NCBI GenBank assembly: GCA_964057225.1
Contig: OZ059897.1
Coordinates: 21,638,001 to 21,702,000 of the forward strand
Source of the DNA: Auanema rhodensis
Taxonomy: Eukaryota; Animalia; Nematoda
Length of the DNA: 64,000 nt
Direction of reading: 5' to 3'
Part shown: piece by piece, positions 12,876 through 29,000 of the stretch
Layout: every line of letters starts with the position of its first letter
How positions within the stretch are numbered: the stretch's first letter is position 1
Made by a program: the position numbers and the translations under genes
Notes under the pieces: generated by a model
Database searches by the model: none
What the model saw: the letters and a program-made list of their open reading frames with translations, nothing else
What the model was told of the DNA's origin: nothing

Positions 12876-15800
12876 ACGTGATGTGCACTTGGTATGTAAC
12901 TCGCTTCACGTGAAAGATAAAGAGATGCGGTTTTCAAAATTAGATTCCCCATGTCCATATTAGTCTAAAAACAAATTTTTATTGATATTGGTGCATGGTA
13001 ACCATGACTTTGAAATTTACGTGAACTTTAATTTATGCTAATTAAATGTACACGTGATGTGCACTTGGTATGTAACTCGCTTCACGTGAAAGATAAAGAG
13101 ATGCGGTTTTCAAAATTAGATTCCCCATGTCCATATTAGTCTAAAAACAAATTTTTATTGATATTGGTGCATGGTAACCATGACTTTGAAATTTACGTGA
13201 ACTTTAATTTATGCTAATTAAATGTACACGTGATGTGCACTTGGTATGTAACTCGCTTCACGTGAAAGATAAAGAGATGCGGTTTTCAAAATTAGATTAA
13301 CCATGTCCATATTAGTCTAAAACCAAATTTTTATTGATATTGGTTCATGGTAACCATGACTTTGAAATTTACGTGAACTTTAATTTATGCTAATTAAATG
13401 TACACGTGATGTGCACTTGGTATGTAACTCGCTTCACGTGAAAGATGAAGAGATGCGGTTTTCAAAATTAGATTCCCCATGTCCATATTAGTCTAAAAAC
13501 AAATTTTTATTGATATTGGTTCATGGTAACCATGACTTTGAAATTTACGTGAACTTTAATTTATGCTAATTAAATGTACACGTGATGTGCACTTGGTATG
13601 TAACTCGCTCCACGTGAAAGATAAAGAGATGCGGTTTTCAAAATTAGATTCCCCATGTCCATATTAGTCTAAAAACAAATTTTTATTGATATTGGTGCAT
13701 GGTAACCATGACTTTGAAATTTACGTGAACTTTAATTTATGCTAATTAAATGTACACGTGATGTGCACTTGGTATGTAACTCGCTTCACGTGAAAGATAA
13801 AGAGATGCGGTTTTCAAAATTAGATTAACCATGTCCATATTAGCCTAAAACCAAATTTTTATTGATATTGGTTCATGGTAACCATGACTTTGAAATTTAC
13901 GTGAACTTTAATTTATGCTAATTAAATGTACACGTGATGTGCACTTGGTATGTAACTCGCTTCACGTGAAAGATGAAGAGATGCGGTTTTCAAAATTAGA
14001 TTCCCCATGTCCATATTAGTCTAAAAACAAATTTTTATTGATATTGGTTCATGGTAACCATGACTTTGAAATTTACGTGAACTTTAATTTATGCTAATTA
14101 AATGTACACGTGATGTGCACTTGGTATGTAACTCGCTCCACGTGAAAGATAAAGAGATGCGGTTTTCAAAATTAGATTCCCCATGTCCATATTAGTCTAA
14201 AAACAAATTTTTATTGATATTGGTTCATGGTAACCATGACTTTGAAATTTACGTGAACTTTAATTTATGCTAATTAAATGTACACGTGATGTGCACTTGG
14301 TATGTAACTCGTTTCACGTGAAAGATAAAGAGATGCGGTTTTTAAAATTAGATTCCCCATGTCCATATTAGTCTAAAAACAAATTTTTATTGATATTGGT
14401 GCATGGTAACCATGACTTTGAAATTTACGTGAACTTTAATTTATGCTAATTAAATGTACACGTGATGTGCACTTGGTATGTAACTCGCTTCACGTGAAAG
14501 ATAAAGAGATGCGGTTTTCAAAATTAGATTCCCCATGTCCATATTAGTCTAAAAACAAATTTTTATTGATATTGGTTCATGGTAACCATGACTTTGAAAT
14601 TTACGTGAACTTTAATTTATGCTAATTGAATTTACACGTGATGTGCACTTGGTATGTAACTCGCTTCACGTGAAAGATAAAGAGATGCGGTTTTCAAAAT
14701 TAGATTCCCCATGTCCATATTAGTCTAAAAACAAATTTTTATTGATATTGGTTCATGGTAACCATGACTTTGAATATTACGTGAACTTTAATTTATGCTA
14801 ATTGAATGTACACGTGATGTGCACTTGGTATGTAACTCGCTTCACGTGAAAGATAAAGAGATGCGGTTTTCAAAATTAGATTCCCCATGTACATATTAGT
14901 CTAAAAACACATTTTTATTGATATTGGTTCATGGTAACCATGACTTTGAAATTTACGTGAACTTAAATTTATGCTAATTAAATGTACACGTGATGTGCAC
15001 TTGGTATGTAACTTGCTTCACGTGAAAGATAAAGAGATGCGGTTTTCAAAATTAGATTCCCCATGTCCATATTAGTCTAAAAACAAATATTCATTGATAT
15101 TGGTTCATGGTAACCATGACTTTGAAATTCACGTGAACTTTAATTTATGCTAATTAAATGTACACGTGATGTGCACTTGGTATGTAACTCGCTTCACGTG
15201 AAAGATGAAGAGATGCGGTTTTCAAAATTAGATTCCCCATGTCCATATTAGTCTAAAAACAAATTTTTATTGATATTGGTTCATGGTAACCATGACTTTG
15301 AAATTTACGTGAACTTAAATTTATGCTAATTAAATGTACACGTGATGTGCACTTGGTATGTAACTTGCTTCACGTGAAAGATAAAGAGATGCGGTTTTCA
15401 AAATTAGATTCTCCATGTCCATATTAGTCTAAACACAAATTTTTATCGATATTGGTGCATGGTAACCATGACTTTGAAATTCACGTGAACTTTAATTTAT
15501 GCTAATTAAATGTACACGTGATGTGCACTTGGTATGTAACTCGCTTCACGTGAAAGATAAAGAGATGCGGTTTTCAAAATTAGATTCCCCATGTCCATAT
15601 TAGTCTAAAAACAAATTTTTATTGATATTGGTTCATGGTAACCATGACTTTGAAATTTACGTGAACTTTAATTTATGCTAATTAAATGTACACGTGATGT
15701 GCACTTGGTATGTAACTCGCTTCACGTGAAAGATAAAGAGATGCGGTTTTTAAAATTAGATTCCCCATGTCCATATTAGTCTAAAAACAAATTTTTATTG

Positions 15801-18507
15801 ATATTGGTGCATGGTAACCATGACTTTGAAATTTACGTGAACTTTAATTTATGCTAATTAAATGTACACGTGATGTGCACTTGGTATGTAACTCGCTTCA
15901 CGTGAAAGATAAAGAGATGCGGTTTTCAAAATTAGATTCCCCATGTCGATATTAGTCTAAAAACAAATTTTTATTGATATTGGTGCATGGTAACCATGAC
16001 TTTGAAATTTACGTGAACTTAAATTTATGCTAATTAAATGTACACGTGATGTGCACTTGGTATGTAACTTGCTTCACGTGAAAGATAAAGAGATGCGGTT
16101 TTCAAAATTAGATTCCCCATGTCCATATTAGTCTAAAAACAAATTTTTATTGATATTGGTGCATGGTAACCATGACTTTGAAATTCACGTGAACTTTAAT
16201 TTATGCTAATTAAATGTACACGTGATGTGCACTTGGTATGTAACTCGCTTCACGTGAAAGATGAAGAGATGCGGTTTTCAAAATTAGATTCCCCATGTCC
16301 ATATTAGTCTAAAAACAAATTTTTATTGATATTGGTTCATGGTAACCATGACTTTGAAATTTACGTGAACTTTAATTTATGCTAATTAAATGTACACGTG
16401 ATGTGCACTTGGTATGTAACTCGCTTCACGTGAAAGATAAAGAGATGCGGTTTTCAAAATTAGATTCCCCATGTATATATTAGTCTAAAAACAAATTTTT
16501 ATTGATATTGGTGCATGGTAACCATGACTTTGAAATTTACGTGAACTTTAATTTATGCTAATTAAATGTACACGTGATGTGCACTTGGTATGTAACTCGC
16601 TTCACGTGAAAGATAAAGAGATGCGGTTTTCAAAATTAGATTCCCCATGTCCATATTAGTCTAAAAACACATTTTTATTGATATTGGTTCATGGTAACCA
16701 TGACTTTGAAATTTACGTGAACTTAAATTTATGCTAATTAAATGTACACGTGATGTGCACTTGGTATGTAACTTGCTTCACGTGAAAGATAAAGAGATGC
16801 GGTTTTCAAAATTAGATTCCCCATGTCCATATTAGTCTAAAAACAAATTTTTATTGATATTGGTGCATGGTAACCATGACTTTGAAATTTACGTGAACTT
16901 TAATTTATGCTAATTAAATGTACACGTGATGTGCACTTGGTATGTAACTCGCTTCACGTGAAAGATAAAGAGATGCGGTTTTCAAAATTAGATTCCCCAT
17001 GTATATATTAGTCTAAAAACAAATTTTTATTGATATTGGTGCATGGTAACCATGACTTTGAAATTTACGTGAACTTTAATTTATGCTAATTAAATGTACA
17101 CGTGATGTGCACTTGGTATGTAACTCGCTTCACGTGAAAGATAAAGAGATGCGGTTTTCAAAATTAGATTCCCCATGTCCATATTAGTCTAAAAACACAT
17201 TTTTATTGATATTGGTTCATGGTAACCATGACTTTGAAATTTACGTGAACTTAAATTTATGCTAATTAAATGTACACGTGATGTGCACTTGGTATGTAAC
17301 TTGCTTCACGTGAAAGATAAAGAGATGCGGTTTTCAAAATTAGATTCCCCATGTCCATATTAGTCTAAAAACAAATTTTTATTGATATTGGTGCATGGTA
17401 ACCATGACTTTAAAATTTACGTGAACTTTAATTTATGCTAATTAAATGTACACGTGATGTGCACTTGGTATGTAACTCGCTTCACGTGAAAGATAAAGAG
17501 ATGCGGTTTTCAAAATTAGATTCCCCATGTCCATATTAGTCTAAAAACAAATTTTTATTGATATTGGTGCATGGTAACCATGACTTTGAAATTTACGTGA
17601 ACTTTAATTTATGCTAATTAAATGTACACGTGATGTTCACTTGGTATGTAACTCGCTTCACGTGAAAGATAAAGAGATGCGGTTTCCAAAATTAGATTCC
17701 CCATGTCCATATTAGTCTAAAAACAAATTTTTATTGATATTGGTGCATGGTAACCATGACTTTGAAATTTACGTGAACTTAAATTTATGCTAATTAAATG
17801 TACACGTGATGTGCACTTGGTATGTAACTCGCTTCACGTGAAAGATAAGGAGATGCGGTTTTCAAAATTAGATTCCCCATGTCCATATTAGTCTAAAAAC
17901 ACATTTTTATTGATATTGGTTCATGGTAACCATGACTTTGAAATTTACGTGAACTTAAATTTATGCTAATTAAATGTACACGTGATGTGCACTTGGTATG
18001 TAACTTGCTTCACGTGAAAGATAAAGAGATGCGGTTTTCAAAATTAGATTCCCCATGTCCATATTAGTCTAAAAACAAATTTTTATTGATATTGGTGCAT
18101 GGTAACCATGACTTTGAAATTTACGTGAACTTTAATTTATGCTAATTAAATGTACACGTGATGTTCACTTGGTATGTAACTCGCTTCACGTGTAAGATAA
18201 AGAGATGCGGTTTTCAAAATTAGATTCCCCATGTCCATATTAGTCTAAAAACAAATTTTTATTGATATTGGTGCATGGTAACCATGACTTTGAAATTTAC
18301 GTGAACTTAAATTTATGCTAATTAAATGTACACGTGATGTGCACTTGGTATGTAACTTGCTTCACGTGAAAGATAAAGAGATGCGGTTTTCAAAATTAGA
18401 TTCCCCATGTCCATATTAGTCTAAAAACAAATTTTTATTGATATTGGTGTATGGTAACCATGACTTTGAAATTTACGTGAACTTTAATTTATGCTAATTA
18501 AATGTAC

Positions 18508-19915
18508 ACGTGATGTGCACTTGGTATGTAACTCGCTTCACGTGAAAGATGAAGAGATGCGGTTTTCAAAATTAGATTCCCCATGTCCATATTAGTCTAA
18601 AAACAAATTTTTATTGATATTGGTGCATGGTAACCATGACTTTGAAATTTACGTGAACTTTAATTTATGCTAATTAAATGTACACGTGATGTGCACTTGG
18701 TATATAACTCGCTTCACGTGAAAGATAAAGAGATGCGGTTTTCAAAATTAGATTCCCCATGTCCATATTAGTCTAAAAACAAATTTTTATTGATATTGGT
18801 GCATGGTAACCATGACTTTGAAATTTACGTGAACTTTAATTTATGCTAATTAAATGTACACGTGATGTGCACTTGGTATATAACTCGCTTCACGTGAAAG
18901 ATAAAGAGATGCGGTTTTCAAAATTAGATTCTCCATGTCCATATTAGTCTAAACACAAATTTTTATCGATATTGGTGCATGGTAACCATGACTTTGAAAT
19001 TCACGTGAACTTTAATTTATGCTAATTAAATGTACACGTGATGTGCACTTGGTATGTAACTCGCTTCACGTGAAAGATAAAGAGATGCGGTTTTCAAAAT
19101 TAGATTCCCCATGTCCATATTAGTCTAAAAACAAATTTTTATTGATATTGGTTCATGGTAACCATGACTTTGAAATTTACGTGAACTTTAATTTATGCTA
19201 ATTAAATGTACACGTGATGTGCACTTGGTATGTAACTCGCTTCACGTGAAAGATGAAGAGATGCGGTTTTCAAAATTAGATTCCCCATGTCCATATTAGT
19301 CTAAAAACAAATTTTTATTGATATTGGTGCATGGTAACCATGACTTTGAAATTTACGTGAACTTTAATTTATGCTAATTAAATGTACACGTGATGTGCAC
19401 TTGGTATATAACTCGCTTCACGTGAAAGATAAAGAGATGCGGTTTTCAAAATTAGATTCCCCATGTCCATATTAGTCTAAAAACAAATTTTTATTGATAT
19501 TGGTGCATGGTAACCATGACTTTGAAATTTACGTGAACTTTAATTTATGCTAATTAAATGTACACGTGATGTGCACTTGGTATATAACTCGCTTCACGTG
19601 AAAGATAAAGAGATGCGGTTTTCAAAATTAGATTCTCCATGTCCATATTAGTCTAAACACAAATTTTTATCGATATTGGTGCATGGTAACCATGACTTTG
19701 AAATTCACGTGAACTTTAATTTATGCTAATTAAATGTACACGTGATGTGCACTTGGTATGTAACTCGCTTCACGTGAAAGATAAAGAGATGCGGTTTTCA
19801 AAATTAGATTCCCCATGTCCATATTAGTCTAAAAACAAATTTTTATTGATATTGGTTCATGGTAACCATGACTTTGAAATTTACGTGAACTTTAATTTAT
19901 GCTAATTAAATGTAC
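18508..19915 (+). repeat. Tandem duplication of a 4-monomer unit (704 bp)
   Basis: The order GATGAAG / TATAAC / TATAAC+CTCCAT+AAACAC+ATCGAT+TTCACG / plain occurs at 18508-19211 and again at 19212-19915. Confidence 0.9.
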
Positions 19916-20091
19916 ACGTGATGTGCACTTGGTATGTAACTCGCTTCACGTGAAAGATAAAGAGATGCGGTTTTTAAAATTAGATTCCCCATGTCCATAT
20001 TAGTCTAAAAACAAATTTTTATTGATATTGGTGCATGGTAACCATGACTTTGAAATATACGTGAACTTTAATTTATGCTAATTAAATGTAC

Positions 20092-23000
20092 ACGTGATGT
20101 GCGCTTGGTATGTAACTCGCTTCACGTGAAAGATAAAGAGATGCGGTTTTCAAAATTAGATTCCCCATGTATATATTAGTCTAAAAACAAATTTTTATTG
20201 ATATTGGTGCATGGTAACCATGACTTTGAAATTTACGTGAACTTTAATTTATGCTAATTAAATGTACACGTGATGTGCACTTGGTATGTAACTCGCTTCA
20301 CGTGAAAGATAAAGAGATGAGGTTTTCAAAATTAGATTCCCCATGTCCATATTAGTCTAAAAACAAATTTTTATTGATATTCGTTCATGGTAACCATGAC
20401 TTTGAAATTTACGTGAATTTTAATTTATGCTAATTAAATGTACACGTGATGTGCACTTGGTATGTAACTCGCTTCACGTGAAAGATAAAGAGATGCGGTT
20501 TTTAAAATAAGATTCCCCATGTCCATATTAGTCTAAAAACAAATTTTTATTGATATTGGTGCATGGTAACCATGACTTTGAAATTTACGTGAACTTTAAT
20601 TTATGCTAATTAAATGTACACGTGATGTGCACTTGGTATGTAACTTGCTTCACGTGAAAGATAAAGAGATGCGGTTTACAAAATTAGATTCCCCATGTCC
20701 ATATTAGTCTAAAAACAAATTTTTATTGATATTGGTGCATGGCAACCATGACTTTGAAATTTACTTGAACTTTAATTTATGCTAATTAAATGTACACGTG
20801 ATGTGCACTTGGTATGTAACTCGCTTCACGTGAAAGATAAAAAGATGCGGTTTTCAAAATTAGATTCCCCATGTCCATATTAGTCTAAAAACAAATTTTT
20901 ATTGATATTGGTGCATGGTAACCATGACTTTGAAATTCACGTGAACTTTAATTTATGCTAATTAAATGTACACGTAATGTGCACTTGGTATGTAACTCGC
21001 TTCACGTGAAAGATGAAGAGATGCGGTTTTCAAAATTAGATTCCCCATGTCCATATTAGTCTAAAAACAAATTTTTATTGATATTGGTTCATGGTAACCA
21101 TGACTTTGAAATTTACGTGAACTTTAATTTATGCTAATTAAATGTACACGTGATGTGCACTTGGTATGTAACTCGCTTCACGTGAAAGATAAAGAGATGC
21201 GGTTTTCAAAATTAGATTCCCCATGTATATATTAGTCTAAAAACAAATTTTTATTGATATTGGTGCATGGTAACCATGACTTTGAAATTTACGTGAACTT
21301 TAATTTATGCTAATTAAATGTACACGTGATGTGCACTTGGTATGTAACTCGCTTCACGTGAAAGATAAAGAGATGCGGTTTTCAAAATTAGATTCCCCAT
21401 GTCCATATTAGTCTTAAAACAAATTTTTATTGATATTGGTGCATGGTATCCATGACTTTGAAATTTACGTGAACTTTAATTTATGCTAATTAAATGTACA
21501 CGTGATGTGCACTTGGTATGTAACTCGCTTCACGTGAAAGATAAAGAGATGCGGTTTTCAAAATTAGATTCTCCATGTCCATATTAGTCTACAAACAAAT
21601 TTTTATTGATATTGGTGCATGGTAACCATGACTTTGAAATTTACGTGAACTTTAATTTATGCTAATTAAATGTACACGTGATGTGCACTTGGTATGTAAC
21701 TCGCTTCACGTGAAAGATAAAAAGATGCGGTTTTCAAAATTAGATTCTCCATGTCCATATTAGTCTACAAACAAATTTTTATTGATATTGGTGCATGGTA
21801 ACCATGACTTTGAAATTTACTTGAACTTTAATTTATGCTAATTAAATGTACACGTGATGTGCACTTGGTATGTAACTCGCTTCACGTGAAAGATAAAAAG
21901 ATGCGGTTTTCAAAATTAGATTCCCCATGTCCATATTAGTCTAAAAACAAATTTTTATTGATATTGGTGCATGGCAACCATGACTTTGAAATTTACTTGA
22001 ACTTTAATTTATGCTAATTAAATGTACACGTGATGTGCACTTGGTATGTAACTCGCTTCACGTGAAAGATAAAAAGATGCGGTTTTCAAAATTAGATTCC
22101 CCATGTCCATATTAGTCTAAAAACAAATTTTTATTGATATTGGTTCATGGTAACCATGACTTTGAAATTTACGTGAACTTAAATTTATGCTAATTAAATG
22201 TACACGTGATGTGCACTTGGTATGTAACTCGCTTCACGTGAAAGATAAAGAGATGCGGTTTTCAAAATTAGATTCCCCATGTCCATATTAGTCTAAAAAC
22301 AAATTTTTATTGATATTGGTTCATGGTAACCATGACTTTGAAATTTACGTGAACTTTAATTTATGCTAATTAAATGTACACGTGATGTGCACTTGGTATG
22401 TAACTCGCTTTACGTGAAAGATAAAGAGATGCGGTTTTCGAAATTAGATTCCCCATGTCCATATTAGTCTAAAAACAAATTTTTATTGATATTGGTTCAT
22501 GGTAACCATGACTTTGAAATTTACGTGAACTTTAATTTATGCTAATTAAATGTACACGTGATGTGCACTTGGTATGTAACTCGCTTCACGTGAAAGATAA
22601 AGAGATGAGGTTTTCAAAATTAGATTCCCCATGTCCATATTAGTCTAAAAACAAATTTTTATTGATATTCGTTCATGGTAACCATGACTTTGAAATTTAC
22701 GTGAACTTTAATTTATGCTAATTAAATGTACACGTGATGTGCACTTGGTATGTAACTCGCTTTACGTGAAAGATAAAGAGATGCGGTTTTCAAAATTAGA
22801 TTCCCCATGTATATATTAGTCTAAAAACAAATTTTTATTGATATTGGTGCATGGTAACCATGACTTTGAAATTTACGTGAACTTTAATTTATGCTAATTA
22901 AATGTACACGTGATGTGCACTTGGTATGTAACTCGCTTCACGTGAAAGATAAAGAGATGAGGTTTTCAAAATTAGATTCCCCATGTCCATATTAGTCTAA

Positions 23001-26000
23001 AAACAAATTTTTATTGATATTCGTTCATGGTAACCATGACTTTGAAATTTACGTGAATTTTAATTTATGCTAATTAAATGTACACGTGATGTGCACTTGG
23101 TATGTAACTCGCTTCACGTGAAAGATAAAGAGATGCGGTTTTTAAAATAAGATTCCCCATGTCCATATTAGTCTAAAAACAAATTTTTATTGATATTGGT
23201 GCATGGTAACCATGACTTTGAAATTTACGTGAACTTTAATTTATGCTAATTAAATGTACACGTGATGTGCACTTGGTATGTAACTTGCTTCACGTGAAAG
23301 ATAAAGAGATGCGGTTTACAAAATTAGATTCCCCATGTCCATATTAGTCTAAAAACAAATTTTTATTGATATTGGTGCATGGCAACCATGACTTTGAAAT
23401 TTACTTGAACTTTAATTTATGCTAATTAAATGTACACGTGATGTGCACTTGGTATGTAACTCGCTTCACGTGAAAGATAAAAAGATGCGGTTTTCAAAAT
23501 TAGATTCCCCATGTCCATATTAGTCTAAAAACAAATTTTTATTGATATTGGTGCATGGTAACCATGACTTTGAAATTCACGTGAACTTTAATTTATGCTA
23601 ATTAAATGTACACGTAATGTGCACTTGGTATGTAACTCGCTTCACGTGAAAGATGAAGAGATGCGGTTTTCAAAATTAGATTCCCCATGTCCATATTAGT
23701 CTAAAAACAAATTTTTATTGATATTGGTTCATGGTAACCATGACTTTGAAATTTACGTGAACTTTGATTTATGCTAATTAAATGTACACGTGATGTGCAC
23801 TTGGTATGTAACTCGCTTCACGTGAAAGATAAAGAGATGCGGTTTTCAAAATTAGATTCCCCATGTATATATTAGTCTAAAAACAAATTTTTATTGATAT
23901 TGGTGCATGGTAACCATGACTTTGAAATTTACGTGAACTTTAATTTATGCTAATTAAATGTACACGTGATGTGCACTTGGTATGTAACTCGCTTCACGTG
24001 AAAGATAAAGAGATGCGGTTTTCAAAATTAGATTCCCCATGTCCATATTAGTCTAAAAACAAATTTTTATTGATATTGGTTCATGGTAACCATGACTTTG
24101 AAATTTACGTGAACTTCAATTTATGCTAATTAAATGTACACGTGATGTGCACTTGGTATGTAACTTGCTTCACGTGAAAGATAAAGAGATGCGGTTTTCA
24201 AAATTAGATTCCCCATGTCCATATTAGTCTAAAAACAAATTTTTATTAATATTGGTGCATGGTAACCATGACTTTGAAATTTACGTGAACTTTAATTTAT
24301 GCTAATTAAATGTACACGTGATGTGCACTTGGTATGTAACTCGCTTCACGTGAAAGATAAAGAGATGCGGTTTTCAAAATTAGATTCCCCATGTCCATAT
24401 TAGTCTTAAAACAAATTTTTATTGATATTGGTGCATGGTATCCATGACTTTGAAATTTACGTGAACTTTAATTTATGCTAATTAAATGTACACGTGATGT
24501 GCACTTGGTATGTAACTCGCTTCACGTGAAAGATAAAGAGATGCGGTTTTCAAAATTAGATTCTCCATGTCCATATTAGTCTACAAACAAATTTTTATTG
24601 ATATTGGTGCATGGTAACCATGACTTTGAAATTTACGTGAACTTTAATTTATGCTAATTAAATGTACACGTGATGTGCACTTGGTATGTAACTCGCTTCA
24701 CGTGAAAGATAAAAAGATGCGGTTTTCAAAATTAGATTCTCCATGTCCATATTAGTCTACAAACAAATTTTTATTGATATTGGTGCATGGTAACCATGAC
24801 TTTGAAATTTACTTGAACTTTAATTTATGCTAATTAAATGTACACGTGATGTGCACTTGGTATGTAACTCGCTTCACGTGAAAGATAAAAAGATGCGGTT
24901 TTCAAAATTAGATTCCCCATGTCCATATTAGTCTAAAAACAAATTTTTATTGATATTGGTGCATGGCAACCATGACTTTGAAATTTACTTGAACTTTAAT
25001 TTATGCTAATTAAATGTACACGTGATGTGCACTTGGTATGTAACTCGCTTCACGTGAAAGATAAAAAGATGCGGTTTTCAAAATTAGATTCCCCATGTCC
25101 ATATTAGTCTAAAAACAAATTTTTATTGATATTGGTTCATGGTAACCATGACTTTGAAATTTACGTGAACTTAAATTTATGCTAATTAAATGTACACGTG
25201 ATGTGCACTTGGTATGTAACTTGCTTCACGTGAAAGATAAAGAGATGCGGTTTTCGAAATTAGATTCCCCATGTCCATATTAGTCTAAAAACAAATTTTT
25301 ATTGATATTGGTGCATGGTAACCATGACTTTGAAATTTACGTGAACTTAAATTTATGCTAATTAAATGTACACGTGATGTTCACTTGGTATGTAACTTGC
25401 TTCACGTGAAAGATAAAGAGATGCGGTTTTCAAAATTAGATTCCCCATGTCCATATTAGTCTAAAAACAAATTTTTATTGATATTGGTGCATGGTAACCA
25501 TGACTTTGAAATTTACGTGAACTTTAATTTATGCTAATTAAATGTACACGTGATGTTCACTTGGTATGTAACTCGCTTCACGTGTAAGATAAAGAGATGC
25601 GGTTTTCAAAATTAGATTCCCCATGTCCATATTAGTCTAAAAACAAATTTTTATTGATATTGGTGCATGGTAACCATGACTTTGAAATTTACGTGAACTT
25701 AAATTTATGCTAATTAAATGTACACGTGATGTGCACTTGGTATGTAACTTGCTTCACGTGAAAGATAAAGAGATGCGGTTTTCAAAATTAGATTCCCCAT
25801 GTCCATATTAGTCTAAAAACAAATTTTTATTGATATTGGTGTATGGTAACCATGACTTTGAAATTTACGTGAACTTTAATTTATGCTAATTAAATGTACA
25901 CGTGATGTGCACTTGGTATGTAACTCGCTTCACGTGAAAGACAAAGAGATGCGGTTTTCAAAATTAGATTCCCCATTTCCATATTAGTCTAAAAACAAAT

Positions 26001-29000
26001 TTTTATTGATATTGGTGCATGGTAACCATGACTTTGAAATTTACGTGAACTTTAATTTATGCTAATTAAATGTACACGTGATGTGCACTTGGTATATAAC
26101 TCGCTTCACGTGAAAGATAAAGAGATGCGGTTTTCAAAATTAGATTCTCCATGTCCATATTAGTCTAAACACAAATTTTTATCGATATTGGTGCATGGTA
26201 ACCATGACTTTGAAATTCACGTGAACTTTAATTTATGCTAATTAAATGTACACGTGATGTGCACTTGGTATGTAACTCGCTTCACGTGAAAGATAAAGAG
26301 ATGCGGTTTTCAAAATTAGATTCCCCATGTCCATATTAGTCTAAAAACAAATTTTTATTGATATTGGTTCATGGTAACCATGACTTTGAAATTTACGTGA
26401 ACTTTAATTTATGCTAATTAAATGTACACGTGATGTGCACTTGGTATGTAACTCGCTTCACGTGAAAGATAAAGAGATGCGGTTTTTAAAATTAGATTCC
26501 CCATGTCCATATTAGTCTAAAAACAAATTTTTATTGATATTGGTGCATGGTAACCATGACTTTGAAATATACGTGAACTTTAATTTATGCTAATTAAATG
26601 TACACGTGATGTGCGCTTAGTATGTAACTCGCTTCACGTGAAAGATAAAGAGATGCGGTTTTCAAAATTAGATTCCCCATGTATATATTAGTCTAAAAAC
26701 AAATTTTTATTGATATTGGTGCATGGTAACCATGACTTTGAAATTTACGTGAACTTTAATTTATGCTAATTAAATGTACACGTGATGTGCACTTGGTATG
26801 TAACTCGCTTCACGTGAAAGATAAAGAGATGAGGTTTTCAAAATTAGATTCCCCATGTCCATATTAGTCTAAAAACAAATTTTTATTGATATTCGTTCAT
26901 GGTAACCATGACTTTGAAATTTACGTGAATTTTAATTTATGCTAATTAAATGTACACGTGATGTGCACTTGGTATGTAACTCGCTTCACGTGAAAGATAA
27001 AGAGATGCGGTTTTTAAAATAAGATTCCCCATGTCCATATTAGTCTAAAAACAAATTTTTATTGATATTGGTGCATGGTAACCATGACTTTGAAATTTAC
27101 GTGAACTTTAATTTATGCTAATTAAATGTACACGTGATGTGCACTTGGTATGTAACTTGCTTCACGTGAAAGATAAAGAGATGCGGTTTACAAAATTAGA
27201 TTCCCCATGTCCATATTAGTCTAAAAACAAATTTTTATTGATATTGGTGCATGGCAACCATGACTTTGAAATTTACTTGAACTTTAATTTATGCTAATTA
27301 AATGTACACGTGATGTGCACTTGGTATGTAACTCGCTTCACGTGAAAGATAAAAAGATGCGGTTTTCAAAATTAGATTCCCCATGTCCATATTAGTCTAA
27401 AAACAAATTTTTATTGATATTGGTGCATGGTAACCATGACTTTGAAATTCACGTGAACTTTAATTTATGCTAATTAAATGTACACGTAATGTGCACTTGG
27501 TATGTAACTCGCTTCACGTGAAAGATGAAGAGATGCGGTTTTCAAAATTAGATTCCCCATGTCCATATTAGTCTAAAAACAAATTTTTATTGATATTGGT
27601 TCATGGTAACCATGACTTTGAAATTTACGTGAACTTTAATTTATGCTAATTAAATGTACATGTGATGTGCACTTGGTATGTAACTCGCTTCACGTGAAAG
27701 ATAAAGAGATGCGGTTTTCAAAATTAGATTCCCCATGTATATATTAGTCTAAAAACAAATTTTTATTGATATTGGTGCATGGTAACCATGACTTTGAAAT
27801 TTACGTGAACTTTAATTTATGCTAATTAAATGTACACGTGATGTGCACTTGGTATGTAACTCGCTTCACGTGAAAGATAAAGAGATGCGGTTTTCAAAAT
27901 TAGATTCCCCATGTCCATATTAGTCTAAAAACAAATTTTTATTGATATTGGTTCATGGTAACCATGACTTTGAAATTTACGTGAACTTCAATTTATGCTA
28001 ATTAAATGTACACGTGATGTGCACTTGGTATGTAACTTGCTTCACGTGAAAGATAAAGAGATGCGGTTTTCAAAATTAGATTCCCCATGTCCATATTAGT
28101 CTAAAAACAAATTTTTATTAATATTGGTGCATGGTAACCATGACTTTGAAATTTACGTGAACTTTAATTTATGCTAATTAAATGTACACGTGATGTGCAC
28201 TTGGTATGTAACTCGCTTCACGTGAAAGATAAAGAGATGCGGTTTTCAAAATTAGATTCCCCATGTCCATATTAGTCTTAAAACAAATTTTTATTGATAT
28301 TGGTGCATGGTATCCATGACTTTGAAATTTACGTGAACTTTAATTTATGCTAATTAAATGTACACGTGATGTGCACTTGGTATGTAACTCGCTTCACGTG
28401 AAAGATAAAGAGATGCGGTTTTCAAAATTAGATTCTCCATGTCCATATTAGTCTACAAACAAATTTTTATTGATATTGGTGCATGGTAACCATGACTTTG
28501 AAATTTACGTGAACTTTAATTTATGCTAATTAAATGTACACGTGATGTGCACTTGGTATGTAACTCGCTTCACGTGAAAGATAAAAAGATGCGGTTTTCA
28601 AAATTAGATTCTCCATGTCCATATTAGTCTACAAACAAATTTTTATTGATATTGGTGCATGGTAACCATGACTTTGAAATTTACTTGAACTTTAATTTAT
28701 GCTAATTAAATGTACACGTGATGTGCACTTGGTATGTAACTCGCTTCACGTGAAAGATAAAAAGATGCGGTTTTCAAAATTAGATTCCCCATGTCCATAT
28801 TAGTCTAAAAACAAATTTTTATTGATATTGGTGCATGGCAACCATGACTTTGAAATTTACTTGAACTTTAATTTATGCTAATTAAATGTACACGTGATGT
28901 GCACTTGGTATGTAACTCGCTTCACGTGAAAGATAAAAAGATGCGGTTTTCAAAATTAGATTCCCCATGTCCATATTAGTCTAAAAACAAATTTTTATTG

